Shown here one piece after another: positions 23,318 through 31,167 of a DNA stretch of 64,000 bases (within the stretch, counting starts at the first letter, position 1; each line of letters starts with the position of its first letter). The DNA is from an uncultured bacterium (GTDB lineage Bacteria > Chlamydiota > Chlamydiia > Chlamydiales > SM23-39), in assembly GCA_964415395.1 (NCBI GenBank), contig CAYPZU010000003.1, forward strand, positions 5,670-69,669, given 5' to 3'. A program made the position numbers and the translations under genes. A model generated the notes under the pieces. That model was not told where the DNA came from and did no database searches. It saw only the letters and a list, made by a program, of their open reading frames with translations.

Positions 23318-25921
23318 TTATCTCGATTCAACGAGCTGCCCGCCTTCGTAATAAAGCACGGTGACATGGCCGTCCTTATCAAACTTCTTCTTCTCGCCTT
23401 CAGGCGTGTCGTAGACGAAAGTCTGCTCTAGATAAGGGCTTCCGTCGTCGTAATACTTGTTGAACTTTCCATGGCGGAGATTGTCCTGGTATTCGGCTTC
23501 GAAGACAAGAACGCCTTCCGGGTTCCAGCTTTGCGCCAGACCGTCCAAGAGATCGTTCCGGTAGCAGAAGATCGATGCGAGCCGTCCGTTTTCATGGTAT
23601 GTTTTTTCTTCGCCTTCCCGCTTATCGTCCATGTAATACGTTTCGCGGTAGACAGCCCCATTGGGGAAATATTGGACAAAGTATCCATTTTTCTTGTCTC
23701 CGGAAAACTCGATTGTCGCGCTGAGTTTTCCTTCTAGATTGTACGCGCGGGCGAGCCCTTGTTTCTGGCCGTTCACGTAAGGAGTTTCTGCGACCTTCAT
23801 TCCTTTATCCGTGTATTCTGAAGCCAATCCTTCGATCTGGTCATTCACGAATTCGATTTCGAGCGCCTTATGTTTTTCCCCTTTGGGATTCGGAGGATAG
23901 TAAACTGTATGAGGCCCGTTTTTCAGGTTGCCGCTGTAGAAGGTAACAACTTCTTTTCCGTCCTGGCTTCTCTGAAAGAACCGTCCCTCGAGCTTGCCGA
24001 GAACATAATTGGCTTCTTCCACGAGGTTCCCCTGAGGATCCCACATCTGCTTCGAACCGTTGACTAACCCGTGTTCATAAGCGAGCTGGGCCTGGAGTTT
24101 GCCTCCTTCATAGAAGGTTTTCTCGACCCCATGCAGCTTCCCTTCGTCGTCATACTGGAAGTAATGGGCAAGGCGGTCGGCATCTTTCTGCCCAGACGCC
24201 GTCTTCGGATAGTAGGTGAGGTGTTCTCCTACAGGCTTTCCCTCTTTGAAGCGCTGGATCGACTGGATCGAGCCGTCGGCATACCAGGAAAGGGCCTCCC
24301 CATCCATTCCGTCATCTTTAAATGAGGCGAACCGCTCTGGATTCCCATTCTGGTGATACCATTCGTGCTTGCCTGTTTTCTTCCCCTTCTCGAAGTGGAA
24401 TTTGGTTTTAATCTGATCCTGGCCCCACCAGGTCAAAACAGTTCCCTCGAGCTGGTCTTTATCGAAAAAGGCTTCAAATACCGGAGCCCCTTTCTCATTC
24501 CATTCGCGATGCCATCCCTGCTTGAGGCCGAAGGCGAATTCGGCTCTGCTTTTCAGCTGGCCGTTTTCATACCACTCGCTCTGGACGCCATCAGGATGGT
24601 CAGCCTGGAAGTATGCGTCGAGGCGGGCGTTGCCGTTCGCGTACCATTCGCCCATCTGCCCATCTTTGAGGCCTTCAGAGAAATGGACTCTGCGGGCCAA
24701 AACGCCGTTTTCGTGCCACTCTTCATGCAGCCCGTCTCTCTGCTGATTTTTGGTGCAGGTGGAGACTTTGATCTGCCCGGAAGGATAGTATTCTTTCTGT
24801 TCCCCTTCGAGCTGGCCGGCGGCATAGTTATATTCTGTCTTCAGCGTCCCGTCCGGATACCACTCTAAAAAGGGGCCGTCCAAACGTTCTCCCGCCATCG
24901 AGAACTGGCGGATTTTCTGTCCCTGGTCGTCGAATTCGGCGACCGGCTCAAGCAGCTGGCCCTTCGCATCGAAATGGGCGATATACGCTGCCGCGCCGTT
25001 CGGGTGGTTGCGCCAGTGTTTCCCCTGCGGGCGGCCCTCGGCGAACATCCCTTCGCCAATCAGCACGCCTTCGTCGCTGAAATACTGCTCTTTTCCTTCT
25101 TTCTTCCCGTTCCGGAAATTGACCCTGTAGGCCTCTTTGCCGTTAGCGTGGTACCGGATATGGAGGCCGACCGGCTGCCCTTCGCGGAAATCGACGACTT
25201 CGATCACGTTTCTCTGCTCGTCATAGCCGATCAGCGCAGGATTTTTCCCGTCTCCGTGCAGCATCCCCTGGAAAAACTGCCGCTGCAGTTTCAACAGGCC
25301 GGAAGCGAACCACTCGATCGCCGTCCCATGGACTTTTCCGTTTTTGTGCGGAAGAACTGCCGCTTTGGAGCCATTCTCATAATATTGGACGACATCCCCC
25401 TCCAGTTTCCCCTCTTCGTAGCTGGCTGTTTCTTTGATCTCGCCGCTTTCGTAAAAAGATTGAGCGGTTCCGTTCAATACTCCATCTCGATAGAAGACTG
25501 AAGTCTGAACCTTGCCGCTCGGGTAGAATGTTTTGCATTCGCCGGAGAGCTGGCCAAGTTCATAGCCGGAAATTTTAGCCAGCTTCCCATCCGCTGAAAA
25601 TTCTACGCGGGCGCCATGGGGAACAAGAGTCGAGTTCCACTGTTTTGCCGCAGCGGAATCCTCATCGACTGTGGCGATATCCATTTCAGACTGGATCCGG
25701 TTGTTTTCGAAAAAGACAACCTGCTTAACCGGGCGCTCGCCATCGAGATTGGGTTCATAGAATAGAACCGTCTGGGGCGTTCCCTGCGGGTAGGATTGGA
25801 CGATGTCGAATCTCCAGTTCGGCTGGCGGGGCTTCAGAGAAACAGCCGTTTGGGGAGGATTGGGCGCTTCCGCTGAAAGGGCGGCTGTGCAAAGGGTCAA
25901 AGCGACTAAAATCTTCTTCAT
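23318..25921 (-). CDS. exported MORN-repeat (YwqK-like repeat) protein
   Basis: ATG 25921 gives a signal peptide (MKKILVALTLCTAALSA). Dozens of roughly 23-aa repeats of the form YYxNGxxxxxxxYxxGxxxGxxxxW/Y occur (for example EWYENGQLKSRAEFAFGLKQGWHREW). Confidence 0.85.
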   Translation of the reverse strand: MKKILVALTLCTAALSAEAPNPPQTAVSLKPRQPNWRFDIVQSYPQGTPQTVLFYEPNLDGERPVKQVVFFENNRIQSEMDIATVDEDSAAAKQWNSTLVPHGARVEFSADGKLAKISGYELGQLSGECKTFYPSGKVQTSVFYRDGVLNGTAQSFYESGEIKETASYEEGKLEGDVVQYYENGSKAAVLPHKNGKVHGTAIEWFASGLLKLQRQFFQGMLHGDGKNPALIGYDEQRNVIEVVDFREGQPVGLHIRYHANGKEAYRVNFRNGKKEGKEQYFSDEGVLIGEGMFAEGRPQGKHWRNHPNGAAAYIAHFDAKGQLLEPVAEFDDQGQKIRQFSMAGERLDGPFLEWYPDGTLKTEYNYAAGQLEGEQKEYYPSGQIKVSTCTKNQQRDGLHEEWHENGVLARRVHFSEGLKDGQMGEWYANGNARLDAYFQADHPDGVQSEWYENGQLKSRAEFAFGLKQGWHREWNEKGAPVFEAFFDKDQLEGTVLTWWGQDQIKTKFHFEKGKKTGKHEWYHQNGNPERFASFKDDGMDGEALSWYADGSIQSIQRFKEGKPVGEHLTYYPKTASGQKDADRLAHYFQYDDEGKLHGVEKTFYEGGKLQAQLAYEHGLVNGSKQMWDPQGNLVEEANYVLGKLEGRFFQRSQDGKEVVTFYSGNLKNGPHTVYYPPNPKGEKHKALEIEFVNDQIEGLASEYTDKGMKVAETPYVNGQKQGLARAYNLEGKLSATIEFSGDKKNGYFVQYFPNGAVYRETYYMDDKREGEEKTYHENGRLASIFCYRNDLLDGLAQSWNPEGVLVFEAEYQDNLRHGKFNKYYDDGSPYLEQTFVYDTPEGEKKKFDKDGHVTVLYYEGGQLVESR

Positions 25922-26020
25922 AGATGTTCCACGCTTTTTTCTTGAGTTGAGTTGGAGGTTCAAGAGTAGAAAAAACTCCAAATTTTCACAAGGTTATCAT
26001 CCGAATGCTGCATTAATTTC

Positions 26021-26048
26021 TTGAAATCTGAGCCGATTTCCGTAAAAT
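26021..26048 (+). promoter_or_regulatory. candidate sigma-70/66-type promoter for ORF 26060..26818
   Basis: TTGAAA (26021..26026), a 16-nt spacer, then TAAAAT (26043..26048). ATG 26060 is only 12 nt downstream, which would make the transcript nearly leaderless. Confidence 0.3.
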
Positions 26049-26059
26049 CTTCGACCCTT

Positions 26060-26818
26060 ATGAGTTTGGAAGTCGATTCAGTCCGCTTTTGTTCTGCAAT
26101 TCCAGGGATTGCTCCCTTTTCCATAAAAGCCCGCGCTCCCAAAGGGCTTCTCCAGGGAAAAGATATTCTCGAAACGCCTCCGCAGCATCAAAAGCCGCCG
26201 CTCCTGCAGCGCGGGGCGATGGCGTTCGGACTTCTCGTCGTCCACGCTTTCACTTTGGGATACCGCCTTCTCTGCTGGATCCGCGACGCGGCTTGCGGCC
26301 CCTGCCGGCAAAGAAAGCTCTACAAGCAGCTTCTTCTCGCTGCGAAACAGGGGAAAGCGGAGACGTTCATCAAGGCGAATGCGCACCACCCCCACTTTGC
26401 AGGCTTTTTGATGCAGGAGCTGGAGGCGATGCCGGAACTCCATCCTCATTTGGAGGAAATCGTAAAAGGAGCGAATGTCCGGATCAAAGGAGATCAGGGG
26501 TTTTTCTGCTCTCATTGGCGCAAGCATCCGGAAGCGCGCCGGAGAATCTCTTCCCATAAATATCAGGAGAAACACTGCTATGAGCTTCATCATTTCGTCT
26601 TTTGGCTCGACCCCAAAGGGCACACCCGCTTCCAGCTTCAAAAATCCCCTTTAAAAGGGCTCCGCAGCTGCATCGAGCACCTGATCGATCTGCTCCGCTA
26701 CCGGAGAGACAACCGGCAGCAGGGACCGGCCGGATCTTCTCCCCGCACAGAAACTCACTGCATCACGGTAGATATTGATCCTCAAGACTATGCGACGCGG
26801 CGTCCGATTCAAATCTGA
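26060..26818 (+). CDS. hypothetical His/Cys/Arg-rich protein
   Basis: The reading frame is open from 26021 (TTG), and the first ATG is at 26060. Third-position C/G bias favours this strand over the antisense ORF 26078..26641. I recognised no family. Confidence 0.5.
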   Translation: MSLEVDSVRFCSAIPGIAPFSIKARAPKGLLQGKDILETPPQHQKPPLLQRGAMAFGLLVVHAFTLGYRLLCWIRDAACGPCRQRKLYKQLLLAAKQGKAETFIKANAHHPHFAGFLMQELEAMPELHPHLEEIVKGANVRIKGDQGFFCSHWRKHPEARRRISSHKYQEKHCYELHHFVFWLDPKGHTRFQLQKSPLKGLRSCIEHLIDLLRYRRDNRQQGPAGSSPRTETHCITVDIDPQDYATRRPIQI

Positions 26819-26857
26819 CGCCTTCCCTCCCTTCCTTTCTTGTGGTATACTGACGCC

Positions 26858-27514
26858 ATGAGAAAGCTGATCCAGGGTATTGTAGATTTTAGAAAAGGGC
26901 TGACTGAAGAGCGGCGGGAACTATTTGCCAAACTCGCTCTTGGTCAGAAACCCGACGCCCTCTTTATCGCCTGTTCGGACAGCAGGGTCGTCCCGAATCT
27001 CTTCGCTTCGACGAACCCGGGAGATCTTTTCGTCATCCGGAATATCGGCAACCTGGTTCCTCCTCCGACTCCAACCGAGGAAGACAACAGCGTCCCGGCG
27101 GCGATCGAGTTTTCCCTCTCGACGCTCAATGTTTCGAACATCATCGTCTGCGGACATTCCGACTGCGGGGCTATGCACGCCCTCGTAGCCGGAATCGACA
27201 CGGTTTGCTGCCCTCACCTTAAGTCCTGGCTTAAATACGGCGAAGAATCCCGAAGGAAAGTTGAAAGCGGAATGATTCTCGACCCTTCGCTCACCGTGGA
27301 AAACCAGATTTCCCAAATGAACGTCGTCGAACAGATGGAGCATATAAAGAGCTACCCCTCTGTGCAGGAGCGGATGGAGAAAAAAAAGCTCGGAGTCCAC
27401 GGCCTCTGGTTCGATATCGCGCACGCCGATGTCTATTGCTACGAGCAAAACCAGAACCGCTTCGTTCTCATCGATGAAGAAGAAGCGGATCAGATCTTTA
27501 AACGACTCAATTGA
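26858..27514 (+). CDS. beta-class carbonic anhydrase (cytoplasmic type)
   Basis: ATG 26858 (MRKLIQGIVDFRKG). Zinc-site motifs are present (ACSDSRVVPNL, CGHSDCGAMHA). Confidence 0.9.
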   Translation: MRKLIQGIVDFRKGLTEERRELFAKLALGQKPDALFIACSDSRVVPNLFASTNPGDLFVIRNIGNLVPPPTPTEEDNSVPAAIEFSLSTLNVSNIIVCGHSDCGAMHALVAGIDTVCCPHLKSWLKYGEESRRKVESGMILDPSLTVENQISQMNVVEQMEHIKSYPSVQERMEKKKLGVHGLWFDIAHADVYCYEQNQNRFVLIDEEEADQIFKRLN

Positions 27515-27995
27515 CCTCGTCCGGGTGGATAGGCCCGAGCTTTTCCCCCTCTTCAACAAGGAAAATCTGCGGCAGATCCCACTCTTCTTTCAGAGCATAT
27601 TTCTCTTCGCGGAAAAGAAGTTTCCCTTCGGGATGAATTTTCCCGGACGCAAAAAAATCGATCGGAATTTCCTCCAGCTTTTTCCCATTCAGCAGGATCG
27701 AGCCGATCTCGATTTTCAGCGGCGCGAATTTCCCCATGCGGGAACTGTCGACGCATCTCAGTTCGAAGACCCAGCCCTTGTTCTCCTTCCGCAAAACCCC
27801 GCTCCAGTCGGTCTGCGTCGAGGCGGCAAGCCTCTGGCACACCAAACAGCGGGAGCGGAGCCGGTCGAGATCGGAACGGAATTTCCTCTTCAAAAGGGCG
27901 TCTCTCATTTTCCACCCAGTCAGCCCGCTGGCGATGAGAAGGAGAGAAATGGCGATCATCCACTCAAGAAGGGTAAACGAGCGCTTATTCCTCAT
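27507..27995 (-). CDS. type II secretion pseudopilin (minor, GspH/I/J-like)
   Basis: It has a prepilin-type N-terminus (MRNKRSFTLLEWMIAISLLLIASG). It follows gspG with an 11-nt overlap. Confidence 0.7.
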   Translation of the reverse strand: MRNKRSFTLLEWMIAISLLLIASGLTGWKMRDALLKRKFRSDLDRLRSRCLVCQRLAASTQTDWSGVLRKENKGWVFELRCVDSSRMGKFAPLKIEIGSILLNGKKLEEIPIDFFASGKIHPEGKLLFREEKYALKEEWDLPQIFLVEEGEKLGPIHPDEVN

Positions 27996-28392
27996 TCGAA
28001 TCGGAGGTCTCTACGGAGATCCCCTTCTTCTTGTTGTACTTCTCGAGAGCCTCTGAGCGGACGAGGAAATCGGACTTGTCCTTGCTGACCGTGATCTGGA
28101 ATGGATTTTTCCAGCCGTCGAGAACAAGCCGATCCGGATCTTTCGCCAGGCCGGAGCGCTTGAGATATTCAGCTGGCTTTTTCGCAATCGCCTCGGCGTC
28201 GGCTTTTTCTTCGGAAGCGAGGCAGATGAGGAGGAGGTCGTGAAGCTGTTCTCTCGCCTGTTCGGTTCTAAACGCTCTGCCGCGGTCCAGCGTTCCCCGC
28301 ATATTATAGCCGATCGCCCCCGTGATGAGGGTGATGATGAAAATCACAATCATGATTTCGAGGAGCGTTAAAGACCGTTTTTTCTTCTTCAT
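27985..28392 (-). CDS. gspG: type II secretion major pseudopilin
   Basis: ATG 28392 (MKKKKRSLTLLEIMIVIFIITLITGAIG...). Only the last 135 codons of the 302-aa ORF are plausible, because the rest overlaps gspF out of frame. Confidence 0.8.
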   Translation of the reverse strand: MKKKKRSLTLLEIMIVIFIITLITGAIGYNMRGTLDRGRAFRTEQAREQLHDLLLICLASEEKADAEAIAKKPAEYLKRSGLAKDPDRLVLDGWKNPFQITVSKDKSDFLVRSEALEKYNKKKGISVETSDSNEE

Positions 28393-28412
28393 GGAATCAC
28401 CTAGTAAAACAA

Positions 28413-29600
28413 TTATCCTGTTGCAAACGAACTGACGTCGGTCAGCGGTATGAGTACGGAGAGGAGGACGAAGCCGATAATCGCTCCTAAAACAAGCAGC
28501 AGCACGGGCTGGGCCACTGTCGTAAAATGAGCGAGCGATCGCTCGAGTTCTTCTTCGTAGATTTGGGCGATCTGCCCCATCATGAACGGAAGCTTTCCCC
28601 CTTCTTCCGCGATCCCGAGCATCCGGGGAATCAGCGAGGGGATGAGCGGATGGTTCTGGAAAGGCGCATAGAGCGGCTCTCCTTGCGAAATTTTCTCCTC
28701 GGCTTCCAGGACAACCGCTTCCAGAAGGGGATGCTTCATTACAATCCGCGCTTGGCTGAAGGCCGCGATAACGGGCAATCCTCCTTCGAGAAGAGTCGCG
28801 GCAGCCCGGCAGAAGCGGACAAAAGCGACTTTCGCAAAAAGGGTCTTCAGAAAGGGGAGCTGATAGGAAAGGCGGGACAATTTTCCGCGCCATTTAGGGG
28901 AAACGTAGGCAAAGGCCGCAGCTCCCGCTAAAGAGAGGCAGAAAAATAGAAGAACCGTTTTTCCGTTGCAAGCGAGCGCGCTTGCGGCAAACACGATCCG
29001 CGTGAAGGGATGGAGATCGCGCCCATCGAAAAGCTCTCTTAAGGAAGGAATGACAAAAAATAAAAGGGAAGAGAGGACGACGAGGCAAAAGCCAGAGAGG
29101 AGAGCTGGGTACATCAGCGCCGAAACGAGTTGTTTTTTCACTTCGATCTGCCGCGAAAGAAGCTGCGCCAGTTCATTCAGAGCTGAACTCAAGCGGCCTG
29201 TCTTTTCCGCATTGGCTACCATTCCCACATACAAAAGATCGAAACTCCCTGGATGGGACGCAAGGCTTTGGGAAAACGACTGGCCGCTCCGCACCCGATC
29301 GCAAAGATCGAGCAGAAAACGGTGGGGTTTCTGCCCCTGGTATTTCTCTTCCAAAGCGGAGAGCGACTCGAAAAGGGGAAGCCCTGCCTGCAAAAGACGG
29401 GTCAGCTCCCGCGTAAGGTTTAAAACTTCGGCCTTCGAGAGCGCCGTTTTTTTCTGCTTTTCGCTGAGCGGATCAATCCGGATTGCGGCGATTTCGCGCC
29501 GGATGAGCTTGAGTTTGGCTTCCTGGATATTGTCAGCATCGACCGTCCCGGAGATTTTTTTTCCTCTTCCCGTGAGGGCCAGGTAGCGGTAAAGCGGCAT
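28413..29600 (-). CDS. gspF: type II secretion inner-membrane platform protein
   Basis: 395 aa with the duplicated GspF/PilC domain pattern (LTRELTRLLQAGLPLFESL, FCRAAATLLEGGLPVIAAF) and three TM segments. Confidence 0.9.
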   Translation of the reverse strand: MPLYRYLALTGRGKKISGTVDADNIQEAKLKLIRREIAAIRIDPLSEKQKKTALSKAEVLNLTRELTRLLQAGLPLFESLSALEEKYQGQKPHRFLLDLCDRVRSGQSFSQSLASHPGSFDLLYVGMVANAEKTGRLSSALNELAQLLSRQIEVKKQLVSALMYPALLSGFCLVVLSSLLFFVIPSLRELFDGRDLHPFTRIVFAASALACNGKTVLLFFCLSLAGAAAFAYVSPKWRGKLSRLSYQLPFLKTLFAKVAFVRFCRAAATLLEGGLPVIAAFSQARIVMKHPLLEAVVLEAEEKISQGEPLYAPFQNHPLIPSLIPRMLGIAEEGGKLPFMMGQIAQIYEEELERSLAHFTTVAQPVLLLVLGAIIGFVLLSVLIPLTDVSSFATG

Positions 29601-29603
29601 CGC

Positions 29604-31160
29604 CTACTCCCTTCCCTGGTCGATGCGCGTAACGCGCAAGAGTTCTGCGCTCGTGGTCGTCCCCTGGACAACCAGCCTAAGCCCCTGCTCGAATAATCCC
29701 GCCATATCCTGCGCGAGCGCCACGCGCCGCAGCTCTTCCGCATCCTGGCTTTTCAAAACCTGCGTCTTGATCCGCGCCGTTACCGGCATCAGCTCGTAGA
29801 TCCCGCAGCGCCCCTTATACCCGGTCCCAAAACACGCAGCGCAGCCCTTCCCTCTATAGAGTTTTTCCGCGGCGTCTTTTTTTATGCCCAGTTCCGCAAG
29901 CTCTTCCGAAGAGGGAGTATAGCTCGTCTTGCATCCGCTGCAAATGCACCGGACGAGTCTTTGAGCGATGACGCCCAGAATCGAAGAGGCGAGAAGATAG
30001 GGCTCGATCCCCATATCGGCAAGACGGGTCAGAGCCGAGGGAGCGTCGTTCGTGTGGAGGGTGCTGAGAACCAAGTGTCCTGTCAATGAGGCCTGGATCG
30101 CGATCTCCGCTGTTTCCCGGTCGCGAATCTCCCCGATCATAATCACATCGGGATCCTGGCGCAGGATATGGCGCAGCCCGCGGGCGAAATCGAGTTCGAT
30201 CTTCGAATTGACGTTCATCTGCGAGATTCCCGCCAGCTTGTACTCGACCGGATCCTCGACCGTGATGATATTCGTATCGGAGCCGTTGATTTCCGAGATC
30301 GCGCTGTAGAGCGTCGTCGTCTTCCCGCTCCCCGTAGGCCCCGTCACTAGGACGATCCCCTCGGGCAGGTTGATCAGCTTCCTGAACGATTTGACGGTCT
30401 TCTCATCCATTCCGATCCGGTCAAGCCCCAAAAGGACGTTCCCTTTGTCGAGAATCCGGAGAACGATCCTCTCCCCGTAAACAATCGGGAGGGTGCTGAC
30501 GCGGAAATCGATCTCCCGGCCGCCGTGGCGCAGTTTGATCCTTCCGTCCTGAGGCAAACGGTGCTCGGCGATATCCATTTTCGCCATCACCTTCACCCGC
30601 GTGAGCATTTGCGCCTGGACATCGCGAGGCGGGGCATGCCGTTTAAGCAGCACGCCGTCGATCCGGTAGCGGACGAGAAGACCTTCTTCAGCCGGCTCGA
30701 AATGGACGTCGGACGCCCCCTGCTGAATCGCCTCGACGAGAATCGAATTGATCATCCGGACGATCGGATTCTGGTCGGCCTGTTCGAGGAGATCGTACCC
30801 TTCCAGGGCATCTTCGCTTTGAACCGCCCCTTTGTCGAGGCCGCTGAACAGCTTTTTCGTCTCTTCTTCTTTCTGGTGGTAACAGCGCTCGATCGCAGAT
30901 TCTAGGGCGCCTTTGGGGCAATAGATCGGCAGAATCGGTTTTTTGAGAAGAAGGCGGAGTTCTTCAAGCGATTCGACGTCGAGCGGATCCGCGACGGCGA
31001 CAATCACCCCTTTCTCATTTTGCTCGATTGGGAGAAGCTTCTTCTGCTTGGCGAAAAGGTAGGGAACGATCGAAACCCTCTCTTTCACAAAAGCAAATTC
31101 GGCCACCTCATCGAAGATGGGGAGGCCGAATCGCTCCGCAATCGCCCGTTCATTGGACAT
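29604..31160 (-). CDS. gspE: type II secretion ATPase
   Basis: Walker A (GPTGSGKTTT), Asp box and Walker B (DPDVIMIGEIRD), His box (TGHLVLSTLHTN) and the tetracysteine motif (CSGC...CAAC) are all present. Confidence 0.95.
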   Translation of the reverse strand: MSNERAIAERFGLPIFDEVAEFAFVKERVSIVPYLFAKQKKLLPIEQNEKGVIVAVADPLDVESLEELRLLLKKPILPIYCPKGALESAIERCYHQKEEETKKLFSGLDKGAVQSEDALEGYDLLEQADQNPIVRMINSILVEAIQQGASDVHFEPAEEGLLVRYRIDGVLLKRHAPPRDVQAQMLTRVKVMAKMDIAEHRLPQDGRIKLRHGGREIDFRVSTLPIVYGERIVLRILDKGNVLLGLDRIGMDEKTVKSFRKLINLPEGIVLVTGPTGSGKTTTLYSAISEINGSDTNIITVEDPVEYKLAGISQMNVNSKIELDFARGLRHILRQDPDVIMIGEIRDRETAEIAIQASLTGHLVLSTLHTNDAPSALTRLADMGIEPYLLASSILGVIAQRLVRCICSGCKTSYTPSSEELAELGIKKDAAEKLYRGKGCAACFGTGYKGRCGIYELMPVTARIKTQVLKSQDAEELRRVALAQDMAGLFEQGLRLVVQGTTTSAELLRVTRIDQGRE

Positions 31161-31167
31161 AGATCAC

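Noticed and set aside
23318-25921. The MORN-repeat protein, or the 534-aa Ala-rich protein at 49886..51490, could be the missing TpsA cargo of the orphan TpsB.
   Set aside because: Neither N-terminus shows a TPS-domain pattern (no NPNL/NPNGI-type motifs), and neither gene is adjacent to the transporter.
27985-28893. A 302-aa ORF spans gspG and part of gspF.
   Set aside because: Only the last 135 codons, from ATG 28392, encode the prepilin-type protein. The upstream part overlaps the well-supported gspF frame and translates to Arg/Pro/Ser-rich junk.
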